53,435 bases of DNA from Lophium mytilinum (GCA_010093605.1 MU004183.1:2666001-2719435), one strand, 5' to 3'; positions 40,864-53,292 are shown, counted from the first letter of the stretch. Translations and numbers: made by a program. Notes: generated by a model from the sequence alone, not told the origin.

Positions 40864-41054
40864 TATTAGGGCTCAAGGTTGGAACATTAGATTAAATAGT
40901 ATTAATATTAACAAAAGATAAATATAAGAGAGAAAGAGGTTCCTAGGACGGACATTATAATAATCTAAAGGGCGGAGTAACGTTTGCCCGTTCCGCAGAG
41001 CCTCCATTACATAACCTCTAGTTACGTGTTATGCGCAATTATATGGCCATAACA
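40864..41054 (-). repeat. 5' LTR of gypsy B
   Basis: tattagggc...ccataaca; direct repeat of 32503-32693. Confidence 0.93.
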
Positions 41055-42584
41055 ACTATAAGGTAGCCTAACTAAGCTAATATATTAAAGAACGGGCTTA
41101 AGGGGGGGCAGTTAACCTTAGTATAGACGTAGTTGCAAAGAAAGTATAGAATATAACCTAGGGAAGCCCAGGAAAGTTAAAGATAATAATAATAGAGGAT
41201 AATATTATAGGCCCTAGGGGTTAAGTTAATCTAAAATATATCTAGCTTAGATTTAAGCACTATACACTAAATAGCCCAAGGGCTTATTTAGGTAGGATTC
41301 TAATAATTAAAGAATTCCGGAATTATTTAGCAATATAGAAGAAGCAAGAGGGGGATATAAGTAGTTAGTTATTAGATAAAGAGTATAAGTATAAAGAGAG
41401 TTTAGGTAACTATAGCTTAGAAATAGAGGACTTAGAGGACTCAGGGCAAGAGGCCTAGAAGAATAAGGCTTAAGTAGAAGAGTTTTAAGGAGCATATAGA
41501 TTTAAGTATTAATAGGTAGACTAGTAGGGGCAGCGTTATAAAGAAGAATTATTAATAAGGAAGATAGTAAAGTAATTAGTATAAGATATAAAGGGCGTTA
41601 GTAGAAAGGCTTTTAGCTAGGCTCTTATATAGTACGCAAATACTTATCTAGTAGGTGCGTAGCGGTAATATATATAAGAAGAGAGGCAATAATAGGCGTG
41701 CTTAATATAAGTAGTAAAGGGCCCTAGTAGAAAGGCTTTCTAGCAAGACCCTTATACTATAGGCAAATAGTTATATAATAACGCGCAATGTTCTATTAAC
41801 CTATCTTAGCATAGTGCTATATTACTAGAACTAGGTAATATATAGTGTAGTATTGCAGATTAACCGTAAACGCTTACATATTAGTAAAATTAAGTAAAAC
41901 GCCGATATATTTACACCTATAATATTTTAACCTTATATAATACACAGCTATTATATTAACCTTAAGAGTTAACTTAAGCAGTTTACTGTTAAAGGCTTAG
42001 CGTCTTAGCGGCCAGCGGCTATTAGCCCGGCCGCCTATAAACTTATCCGCTACCTAGTAGCTTTAACTTTCTTACTTCTATACTAATCTCTCCTTCTATA
42101 CTACTGCACCCCTATTACTTCTACTTATCTAGCTACCTGCAGAACGGTTGCGCGCTAGTTTCTTACTTGCTAGACAATAGTTAGCAGCTTTCTAGCTACG
42201 TTAGAGCCGCAATTAGCTTATTTTAGGTGTGTTTTTAGCTAGCGGTTAAGCCTTTTAGTAAGTTTACTATCTAGTAGATAAAATCAAGTTACGTTATAGC
42301 TAATTCTGCTAATAGGTTTATTCCATCGCAATTTCTCTAAGAGTAGAGTAAGGTAAGCGTATTATAAGGATTATTATAGGAAGGCTTTCTACTAGAGCCC
42401 TTTACTAGTCTTAGTAGATTAGTCTACCTTAATTTTAAAGATGCGGCGGCAGGAAATATTAAGAAAATAATAATACTAAAAATACCCGGCATAGTATAAA
42501 GGGTCTTAGTAGAAAGCCTTTCTACTAGGGCCCTTTACCTGCCTCTATTCTTCTATTATTTAAAATAAGCTAATACATTAATAG

Positions 42585-45500
42585 GCTAGCTATAAATACC
42601 TTAAGTAATAGGGACCCTAGTAAAGTAGTAGTAAAGGTTGCATCCCTATATATATTACCTGCAACTAACCTAGTAGATAGCTATAAGAAATAATCTACTT
42701 CTTCTAAAGTACTAGAAGATCTAAATTCTACCTTCCTACTAGTTACTAAATTAGGGGTTAATACCTATAGCGATTTAAAGCGCAATTAGCCGGCCACTAT
42801 AATAGATCTAGAGACGCTTACATTAGTAAATAGCAAAGTAGTTTATCTAGATAGTAATAACTATAGTAATAACTCTAATGTCCCTAAGAACTCTAATAAA
42901 AAGTAAGAGAAGATTTAAGCGCTAGTTACTAGCAGTAGGAGAGATAAAGAGTTAGAGAAGTTATAGGCCTTAGTAAACACGCTGTATACTAGTAGAATAA
43001 AGTTAGCTAAGCTTTATAGTTAAATAAAAGCAGAACTTAAAGTAATTCTAGCTAAGCCTAATTTCTAAGCAATTTAGAATAAGTATAAGGATAGGTATTT
43101 AGACCTAAAGCGCGCTATATATAGTTAGGATTAAGAGGCCAGTTTTACTACTATCCTAAACGCTTTTAAGACTAGCGAGTTATATAATCTACAGCAATAT
43201 ACTACTCCTTAGCCTAAGATAGATAACTATAAACCCGTAGATTAGGCAGCTTAATTTATTAGTTAATACTTTAATTACTACTAGAAGCGGTTTAGTAGGT
43301 TTTTATATAACCGCGCTAATATTACTAATAATAAAGCGCTTAGAATCTTCTTTAAATTAAAGAAAAATATAGAATTTAAGAGTAGCCCGTTTTAAGCCAG
43401 TAGAACCGCCTATACTAAGAACTAAATTAAGATATAGAATGTTCTTTAAAAAACAAAGCTTAGTCTAGCACCGGCACCTAAGACCCCGGCCAAAACCATT
43501 ACTTATAGCAGTAAGAATATTAACAGGAAGCCTTTCTATTAAGGCCCTTCTAGGCCTCCCTATTAGCAGTCGCCCTCTTATTTTACTAAGGAGGAACTCG
43601 CGGCCATTAATATAGAGGTTAACGTAGACAACCCTATCTAGGGGTTATCTAAAGAGGAAATTGCTGCAAACCTAGTTAATAAGGAGAAAGGCAATATTAA
43701 TATTACTAGCGCTAAGTACATTACCGGCACTATAAAATAGGAGCTTAAGTTAGTAATTACGCATGCTAAGCACACTAGAGTAATAATTAACCGGAACTTG
43801 TTAAAGTTTCAATATAACGCATATTAGGTAATTAGATAGATAGCAGGAGATTTTATATATACCGTTAAATAGCACCTAAATATGCGCGCTGCAGATCTAA
43901 ATAAGGATAAGTACGCTAATCTAGACGGTATTAAACATGCCTAAAATATAAAGGCTAATATAAGGGCTACTACTATTAATGTAAAGGATATTATCCCCTT
44001 TACTATACTAACCGCGGCAGATCTTACAACGTAGAGTATACTCCGCCTTCTAATAACTAATAAAGCCTATTAGCTAGATAACCTTAAAGAAGCAATAAAG
44101 GCCCTACATATTTATAACTATTAGGAACCCCGCCTTATTATAATAAATAGCAATATTTACTTAAGGTAGTAGTAGATTACCGGGGCTTACTATATATACT
44201 ATATTATATAGAAAGGCTTTCTTAGTAGGGCTTTAATTATAGATAAGGTTAGTATTAGAAAGACATTTTTAATAGCTACCCTTATTAGATATATAAGTAA
44301 TTTCTCTTTAAAGGGTGTTAATAGAAAGCCTTTCTACTACCCCCCTAATAGTTTCTCTTAGCATCTACTAATTTAATTATAGCTTATTGCTAAGCGCCAG
44401 CGCAAAGTTGCAGATAAGAAAGACCCCGGGCCGGCAAAGCCCTTTCTTTTTCTTATGCCTCCCGTTTTAGTACACTAAATAGCGAATAAACTTGCAAAGT
44501 TTAGTTCTAAACTTAAGCTCTATATCTATTTATTAAAGGGCTAAGTTACTTTCTATAGCACTACGTTTCTATATAACACCTTAACTAGGGACTATCCCTT
44601 ATTTAATACTAAAAACGAGGCGAATACTAAGAGTATTATAATCGCTAGCTATTAGGTAATAGCCGGTTAGTATAGTCCCCAGCCCGCATTAAAGTAGTAT
44701 AGCGATAATAATCTTACTAAGCTAAAGAACTAGGTTAAATATTACCTAAGCTCTACCTAGCCCGGTCTTTTAAGTAGCTATTTTAACGTCTAATTTATAG
44801 ATAAGTACTAGCTTATTAAAAGCAACTAAGTAAACCTCTACCTAACCGCGTTATAGCTTTACTTAGACTTTACTATACTCTATAGTAGGACCCCGCTATA
44901 TATAGGCATTACTAATATACCTACTTATATATCTTTTATAGAACTAAGAGATAAGCATCTATAATTCCGCACGTACCGCTTAAAACCCGGTAAAGCTAAG
45001 TTTATTCCAGGTACTAATAATCCGTTTAAGCTTTCTAATAACTATTTAGGTATAATTTTCTAGTATACACGCAAGGCTTTTAAAAATTTTATTCTACCTT
45101 TATTTAACCCGTAAGTTATTACATAAAGGGCCCTAGCAGAAAGGCTTCTAGCCAGGGCCCTTATCTCTCCTCTTATTTACTTTAATTTTCTAACATTTCT
45201 CTAGGATTATATAGGGGCTTTATTTACGCTTAATTTTTAGTAAGTGCATAATTGCTTACTTATACCCTTCTACATGCCTAAATAATTCTACTAATCCTGC
45301 TACCCGAATTAGAGGATTACTTCCGCGGTTAGTTACGCGAGTAATTAAGCTATAGCCTATAAAACTAGGCCATATTATCTATACTAATAAATCGCTAAGC
45401 TACCTTAAGTTATTAATAGTTCCTACTAAGAACTGCGTAGGCTAGCGCACCTATACATTTAACGCATGCTCCGTGCATGCTCTTAACCTTATAAGTACTG

Positions 45501-47970
45501 CGCTATTTTTAGTCTACTCTAAGCGCGCTATAATAGCATATCTGCAAGAGGAGGTCTTAAATTTAGAGGGCAACAAGATTAAGAACAGCCCGAAAATTAT
45601 TCCTCTTAAGAATAATGGCGGTTACTAGTTACAGGAAATAGACATTTTGCGAGGCATAATAAAGTAAATTGCCCGGAATAAGAATGTCTAAACTAACTCT
45701 AATTAGAAAGACTTTAAAGTAAAGTCCGCATTCTTTTATTATATTATCGCCCTTTTTATCTATAATGCCCCTAAAGTAGCTGCACTACTATACTATTTAG
45801 CTAACAACGTTATTAAGCGTATAGAGAAGGTTATTATCTAGACTAACTACCTAGATAAGTAAATAATTCTCGCTAAGATTATTAACTATTACAAAATAGA
45901 TGCTTATATATTAGCCTCCAATCTCTCTACTACTAACCGGGACAACCTTATCTTAGTATTTAACAACCCTAACTCTAAAGTAAAGATCCTTATTACTAGT
46001 TACTAGGCTAATAGAGCTAGGCTTAATCTATAGTCTACTTACTATAATATATATCTTTTTAACCCTACAGGCTCTATTTAGATTAAGGAGCAGGCGATAG
46101 CGCGTTTATATAGAATTAGCTAGAAGTTTACTATTATAGTAACCGCGTTCTTTATCTAGAACACATTTAATGCCTTTACTCTCTCGCGCCAGGTATAGAT
46201 AGCGCTTCCTGGTCTTGCTACTGCGTTAAACACTAACTAGATTAAGGTAGAGGGGACCTCTAAGAAAAAGCTAACCCTAGATAGCTAGTATGCGTAGGTA
46301 ACCTATAATAATAAGAGTATCGCACCCCGCCTTATTACAGGTAAAATAGATATTTTAAATATGCTAGTGGAATTATATATTAAGCGCTTTAACTTCCTAT
46401 AAGATATTCTTATATTTCTAATAACTCTTATATAAGGTAATATAACTTTTTAGTCTAGTAGGTTTAGCAATAAGTTCTAAAAAGAACAAGCGTACGAATT
46501 TACTAAATTAGAATTAGAAGAAGAGTAGAAGAAGGGTGCAAGTAGAGCGCCTAAGAAACCGCGTGTTAATAAGCCAGGTTTAAGGCTTAAGCGTTGTCCT
46601 GCAAGCAGTAAGTTCGCCCTTATAGGTTCTAGCAGGAAGGCTTTCTACTAGAGCCCTACTTACCTCTTTATAATTTGCTAATCTGTATTTTATAGTAAAA
46701 GCCACCCTAAAGCTAAAGCTAAAAACGCTAGAGTAATAAAATAGTAAAGCTTTAAAGTAGAAGCGCAAAGCTAGTACTACACTAGCGGCTGCCGTTAAGA
46801 AGTGTAAGCCTAACCCTAAGTCTACTATTATAGTTAAAGACTTAGATTCTACTAAATCTAATATGCCTACCCCTATAAAGAGCGCCACTAGAAAGGCTTA
46901 TGCCCCTTTTATCTATTAATATAGGCCAGAGCATAACCCTTTACATTAAGTACCCGCTATTTTTAGTAATATAAACGGCGACAACTCTTTTAGTAGGCTA
47001 AATAGTAATAACTCTAAAGGTAAAAAGTATAAGAATAATACTTTATTCCTTATAAAGTATATAGATAAGAATTTATCCTAGGGCCTTTTTAGAAAGCCTT
47101 TCTACTAGGGCCCTTTAGTATCGCCTATTATATTACTTAAGTGCTAACTATTATAGCAGCTCCTACTTCCGCCCGTTAACCCACTTTAACTCTACCTTCT
47201 AGCCCTCTTAGCACCTTTAATAGACGCCTTATTAGGACCCCTTCTATAGACCCCGTCCCGTCGCCTAATATATAGAAGAAGAGGTAGCGCAAAATATCTA
47301 CTATCTCCTTACAGGATTCTATAGATAATCTAGTTTTTTATTTACTACTAAAAGCTAACATTAATATAGATAATAAGCAGAATAAGAAGAATATTAAAAC
47401 CCCCGACGTTAATATAGAGAACGTCCTATCTAAGACTAATAAGTAAAATAGGGGGTATCTTAATAATTACCTGGATTTTACTACTACGCTATCTAAAGTT
47501 GCCTTTAAGTGTAACAGCAACTATAGTAGTAACTTAGACAACCCGCCAGAATTTATAGAAGGGGCCTTGCAGCCAACCCTAAAGACTATATTCTCTAGCA
47601 ATACTAATAAGGGTTAGAAGCACTAAGACGTAAAAAAGAAGCCCACTATAAAGAAGAATAAAGCGGCTAAGAAAGACTCTATATCTAAATCCCTTATATA
47701 TTATCTATATAAGTATATAATAGAGAAAGAGATTACTAAGTAGCGCCCTTAGCGCGAAAGGAAGGCTACTAAGAAGAAAGCTACCGCGCAGAAGTCTGCA
47801 AACTCTACTAGACCGAAAATAGACCTACGCAGGCGGAAGAATAATCCTAATATTAGCTAACCGCCCGCGGCATTAGGTGCAAATACTAACCCTAATAGTA
47901 AAGAGAATAGCAGTAAATTAAAGAGAACTAGCATAGCGCTAGAGAAGTCTAATAGTAAGGTATAACTAGT
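42585..47970 (+). pseudogene. RIP-inactivated SNF2-family helicase/ATPase gene of X, with introns
   Basis: Reverted motifs in consistent frames: LRWWQITG (44161), motif I GALIVDEVGIGKT (~44227), motif II FVDECQLIKS (44800), motif III SGTP (44884), motif V GAGLNLQ (~46013), motif VI EQAIARLxRIGQ (~46090). Intron 45111-45204 links the frames correctly. Gene ends approximate. Confidence 0.8.
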
Positions 47971-50452
47971 AGAGTCTTTATAAGAAGGCTTTCTATAGGG
48001 GCCCTAGCCCTACTTTTTAGATTTAATTTAGCATCTCTTAATATCTTTTTCTTTTTCTTTCTAATAGTTCTAATTAGGACTACTTTCCTTACTATTAGTT
48101 TGCACCTACTTACTTAGTACTACTAACTTTTTACTATTCTAATTTCTTGCTTGCGTTCTATTCCCTACCCTCTAATAGTTAGCACTACTCTATAGTAGTA
48201 GTACACTTTATACCCTTAAAATCTCCTAGTTTATATTTAGCCTCTAGATAGCGGCTTACTTAACTATAGAATATAGCGTAATATTTACTACTATAACTAT
48301 ACCTTACGTATCTTATATATAATATAATATTTATTTTATTTATCTATATTATAGGGGGCGGTCTTATCCGCCGTAGTTTATATAGTTAGAGAGGGTAATT
48401 ACATTCTAATGCTGCTCTATTGTATCTACACTATTAGCATGTGCTCCCTATCTTTTTTATAGTAAAGAATCTACTATTATATACCCTATAATTTAACCCT
48501 CTTTGCTAATATTAATTACACGGCTAGGCTAAGTCCTCTCTATAGACCCTATCTATTAATACGCTGTATATAACTTTATTCTATCTATAGTTTTCTAAAG
48601 CGTATATTATTGCATAATACCTAAACTAACTAGAAGGAGGGTTATTTACATATATTGTTGTTAAGTCTTTAGCGTACTAGGCGGCGGAAGGCAATTTAGG
48701 TGTCGCAGTTATACTTTCTAGTTTATCGGCGATATATTTAAACCTACTTATTATTAGTAAGGATAGTAATTCTTAAGGGGTTACAGTCTTACCGTTTATC
48801 GCTTTTAATATAACTTTCCTTCTTCTTATAGTTATAAATAGTCTCTATATTATAAATAGAACTACTCTTTTATTCTAGTATTTTCCTTTACTTCTATTCT
48901 TATAGCCGTCTTAATAAGCGCTTTAGCCGTATAAGCTTCCTCCTTGCAACTAAATCTAGAGTGGTATTTACAACCTCGCGCCTAGACAGAGTATTAGGCG
49001 TAGTAAGGAAAGAAGCTAACCGCTCTATTAGAATATATATATTAGGTAGACGTAGATATATCTACCCCTACTAAACATTATCCTCGGCGTTTAGAGTTGC
49101 TATGCTGCTGCACGTTAACCTTAGTATACCGGGCTATATTTTATATACTTTAGCCTAGTTTAGGGTTGCAGCCGTCTCTATATTAGGTTAAGCCGCTTCT
49201 TATCTTATAAATATCCGCCGGAACGCTCTAGAAAGGACGTATATAGTATACTAATTAAGACTTATATATAGTATTATGCGTGGGCTGCTACTATACTATA
49301 AGGGGTAGGTAGTAGTTAGAAAAAGGTTTAATACGCTAGTTTCTATTAATCTTAGTATATTACGTGCTAACCTCTTATATTATACCTATACTTATAATTA
49401 ACCTTTAGAGGTTAACTCTATATACTATATATAAATAGCAGCTCTAAGAGTTTTATTTTATTACTATACTATATATATATTTTACCTTAGGCGGGACTAG
49501 TAGGTCCCTATAACGTATAGTTTACGTAACTATACCCTGCGTCGCTTCAGCGCCCGCCCGATTTACTCTTCCTCTCTTTTCTTACTCCTTTAGCTTGTTC
49601 CTCTCTACACTATAGCTATAGGTAAACTAACAGCTAGAACTAGCATAGAAGAGACTCTTAATTATATTTAAAGCACTTTAGAGAGATAGATTAATAGTAC
49701 ATAAAGTTTTAAAGCTGGTAGGCTGTAGGAACACCTATATAACTAACTTAGAAGAGTAGCACGCTAAGAATAGCACCGCCACAACAGGCACACTAATAGG
49801 CTCGGGTACTATTACTTAGAACCCTCTTCTTAACCCTAATATACCTAGCAATACCGCAGATCTCGCCGCATAAAACGCCAGAAAGAAGTCCTTATTATTT
49901 ATTTCTAAAATAACTTCTAAGCTAGCTAATATAGACTAACTCTATACAACTAAACTGCTTACCGCGGAGGATACTACTAACCCTACCTACATCTATGCCT
50001 AGAGAGAAGCACTTTTTATAACTATCTAGAATTAAAACGGAGGTTCCCTCTTTAGTAATAGCCTAGGCACGCCTACTAATACTACTTTTAATATGCAGCC
50101 TACTATAACTAAGTCTTAAACTCTCTATAACTATACTAACCCCCTATCCTAAGCTACTAGAAATAGCGCCCTACCTTTTAAGTCTAATATTAATATTAAG
50201 CCTAAACTAGCCAATAAAGTTAATATAAAGATTAAGCCTAGTATTAAGATTAAGCCCGGCCTTATAAGTAGCCCGGATACTACAAGTTTTTTAAGAATAA
50301 TTCTAAGAATAAGGAGCTTCTACGCTTACAGATTAATATAGAAGAGAAGAAGGCAAGGGCTATATAAATAAGGTTTAAGGCTATAGCTAGAGAGTAGAAG
50401 CAGTAGGGCCTAATCTACTCCTAAATCTAAACCTTAAATAGAAGTAGCAGCG

Positions 50453-51691
50453 CCCTAACCTATTTCTATCTCTACGCGCTTATTAGTAAATACCTAACTC
50501 TTTATCTAGCGCTACCAGGCCCTTACTATCTTCTAACCTATCTTCTCCTTTAATAGTAACGCGTCTCTACCCTTCTAGAACTGCACCCTAGCCCTCCACG
50601 CTACCTACGCGGAAATTATCTAATAGGCTTTACTCTTTTACTTTATCTTACTCTTATTTTCTTCTTTAATAGCTTTATCTCTACTCTTCTACTATTAGTC
50701 TTATTTTCTTCTACTATAGTAGAGCCTCTAGACCTAACTCCTAGTAACGGCACTAGTTTACCCTTTACTACTATAGTAAAACCTAAAGATTTATCTTCCA
50801 TTACTACTACTACCGCGTTACTAACTTGCAAGCCCTAAAATTGCGGACATTATAGAAAGAAAGCCACTCTAAGGTGCAGTCGCTGCGCCAGCGTTATCTA
50901 CTGCAATGCGGATTATTAAAAGGCTAACTAGAAATTATCTAATGCGCCGCCTTCTTATATAAAGGTTATTATACTATAATAAGACTTCTATACTTTAGCT
51001 TAAATTTACTAATAGATAGCAAAGAGCGTAAAGTTTAGCGGATTATTTAAGGGGTAGAAATTAAAACGGGTTCCGGCTCTATTATATAACTATAAGCTGC
51101 GATATACTTTACCTCTTATAAACTTAGCCCGCTACACATAAATATAGAGTCTCTCCTACCTAAGTGCTAAAGAATAACTTCTAGTAGAGTAGCTACAGCT
51201 ACTCTAGCTTATATAGATTAAACTAGCACTCTACCTTAGCCTTCTTAGGCTAGCCTTTAACCTTATATATATACTAGCGTAGGCAGTAATAATTATTCTT
51301 ATTCTTCTTTTATACTAAGCTTAATTACTACACCGCTTTCTAGCTTTAAGAAGAGAAAGATGGAGGTTACAACTCCCCTTAGTAGTTAGAACTCTACCTA
51401 CGCCCCGCCATTAATAGATTAGACACGCGGAGGCTCTATTCTAGGTGCCCTAAGCGTGCTATAAAATCTACTTAGCATTAATAAGTTTAAAAAGTAGCAT
51501 AAAGCCGCCGTTACCGCCGCTAGAGCCTAAGCCTAATCTACTCCCTAACCTATCCCTATCTCTATACGCTTATTAGCAAACACCCAGCTCTTTATCTAGC
51601 GCTGCCAGGCCCTCGCTATTTCCTAGCCTATCTTCTTATTTAATAGTGACGCCTTTCTACCCTTCTAAAACTACACTCTAACCCTCTACGC
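50453..51691. repeat. ~149-bp direct repeat pair (50453-50600 and 51543-51691)
   Basis: ccctaacctat...ctctttatctagcgct(a/g)ccaggccct...ccct(c/t)(c/t)acgc present twice. Confidence 0.85.
50842..50965 (+). pseudogene. MYND-type zinc finger relic within a RIP-inactivated gene of X (~49600-51900)
   Basis: Reads CGH(C)(G)KKATLRCSRCASVIYCNAD(C)(Q)KA(D)(W)K...(H); parentheses mark RIP-reverted codons. Confidence 0.7.
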
Positions 51692-52788
51692 CGCCGGCTC
51701 CCCCTACTCCTTTATAACTACTAGCCCCTGCACCTTAAAGAAAGAAGCTAAAGAAGCCGCCTCTACTCTTAGCCTTACCCTCCTCTCCTCTCTTAAAGCC
51801 TTAGGTACAGTCTCTACCCTAAGTAAAAGTAAAAAATACACTCTAACTCTAACTTCTACTACTTCTACCCCTAAAGAACTCTAAGAAAACTTTACTAGTA
51901 TTCTTATAGAATTCTACTAAGCCTCTAAAATCCCTATTCTAACCTTTGCTAAGTTTAAAACCAGCACCTACTTCTCTACTAAGCTATTGCTAGCCTTATA
52001 CTACTAGTTAGACACCCCCTTTAGCGGCCGCGCTATACTCTACCTATTAAAGAAAGCGGCTTATATAGCTATAGTAAGAAAGGCGGTACTCTAGCTATAT
52101 ATAGAGATAGCTACCCGCTATATATAAGCCCGCGTCTATAAAGAAGTAGTAGAAGACAGTAAAAGGTTCTAAGAACACCGCGGTGTAGCTGCTAGGTAGT
52201 GCGGCGGCGCGGGTGCTAGCGCTAGCAAGCGAGCTAGGGCTACCGTAGCTAGAGTATTAGTAGGCGGCGCTAAGTGCGCTAGCGCCGGGGCTATCTATAG
52301 TAAGTAGTTTATTCCCAGGGAGTAGAGTAGGTAGGGAGGATAGAGTAGTAGTAACAGTAAGATATATAGTTAGAAAGAAGGCGGCAAGAAAGAAGTATGC
52401 GCGGTTAATAGTAATAGAGTTAGAAGAAGTATTAGAGAGGAGGAAGGGGGTGTTAGAAAAGGTATTAAAGAAGGGAAAGAGGAAGGTAGAGATAAGAAAG
52501 AAGGATAAGAACTATTATTCTTATTAGGAGTATAGAGAGACATATAATAGGAACTTATTTATACTTACTTAATTTAGGTTATAGTAGGGGAAGCATATTA
52601 GAAGTATAGTAAATAGAAAGTATAATTACTTCCGCAGTAATATAAGGGTTACTATAGAAAGGCTTCCTATAAAAGCTCTATAAAAAATATTAGTATAATA
52701 TATATATATAAAAAAGATATATAAATTTATAATTAAAAGAATCTCTATAGAAAGCCTTCTAGTAAGAACACTATACTATAATTTAAAA

Positions 52789-53217
52789 TATTTCTATAAT
52801 ATACATTAAAATAGATATATACTTAATAGAATTTAAAGAAGTATTTTATACTATATACTAGTATATAGACATATATTACGCCTAATAAGACTAATAGAAA
52901 TATTTCTATACTATATACTAATATGTAAGTATAGGGTACGCCTAATAAAGCCTTAATAAATGTTTCTATAGTATATACTAAGATAAACGTATATAGTACA
53001 CCTAATAAAATTTTACTAAATATTTCTATACTATACGCTTAATAGTAGGTATATAGTACGCGTCTAGGGATTTTAGAGATACTTCTATACTATACGCTTA
53101 CTAGTAGGTATATAGTACGCGTTTAGGGATTTTAGTAGATGCTTCTATACTGTACGCTTACTAGTAGGTATACAGTACACATAACAAAATTTTACTCAAT
53201 GTTTCTATACTGTACTA
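52789..53217. repeat. Telomere-adjacent tandem array of ~60-bp units (~7 copies), each with an internal inverted repeat
   Basis: t(a/g)(t/c)ttctatact(a/g)ta-like starts at 52841, 52901, 52961, 53021, 53080, 53140, 53200; unit core tactgtacgcttactagtaggtatacagta. Confidence 0.85.
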
Positions 53218-53235
53218 CTGGTCGCCCGCTAGCAC

Positions 53236-53251
53236 AGGGTTAGGGTTAGGG

Positions 53252-53292
<41 letters not shown>

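Larger units (their letters stand above)
32503..41054 (-). mobile_element. Full-length Ty3/gypsy chromovirus B, RIP-inactivated, nested in X
   Basis: 191-bp LTRs at both ends, 5-bp TSD ACTAT (32498-32502 and 41055-41059), polypurine tract next to the left LTR. Minus-strand relics: gag knuckle CFGCFKKNH (~37650), protease (~37200), RT FCTAYLNNILIFS (YLDD mutated; ~35910), RNase H (~35100-35450), integrase (~33500-34500), chromodomain LQYKIKFIGWD (~33350). Confidence 0.95.
14000..53230. other. RIP-mutated AT-rich subtelomeric repeat block
   Basis: Abrupt switch to AT-rich DNA with TpA excess and CpA/TpG depletion, no long ORFs, and recognisable coding relics whose stops sit at TAG/TAA derived from CAG/TGG/CAA/CGA. 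Confidence 0.95.
26564..53235 (+). mobile_element. Element X, copy 2: unclassified multi-gene element (~18 kb without the nested gypsy), apparently running to the telomere
   Basis: Left end shared with 14661 and 19841; interrupts gypsy A RT. The same 35-bp palindrome occurs from 27579 to 52772 on both sides of the nested gypsy. Carries relic genes and end-proximal tandem arrays. The right boundary is inferred. Confidence 0.65.

Noticed and set aside
34702..50831. Short ORF-track calls in the AT-rich block (34702, 37123, 41307, 46580, 50643)
   Set aside because: Chance frames in RIP-mutated DNA, mostly antisense to the relic genes; 35867..36082 overlaps the dead RT out of frame.
52870..53030. 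ctaataa...gaaa as RIP-mutated hammerhead ribozyme cores (CTGATGA...GAAA), as in Penelope-like elements
   Set aside because: The least mutated units read ataacaaa or gtttaggg at that position and lack GAAA; no Penelope-type RT was seen.
52789..53217. CRISPR-like repeat/spacer appearance
   Set aside because: The linkers resemble each other, the context is a eukaryotic subtelomere, and there are no cas genes; it is a tandem repeat.
26564..53235. X as a Starship or canonical Helitron
   Set aside because: I recognised no DUF3435 captain near the left end and no HUH Rep or PIF1 motifs. The CTAG at 53229 has no clear preceding hairpin and is not followed by T. RIP could hide motifs, so this is not absolute.
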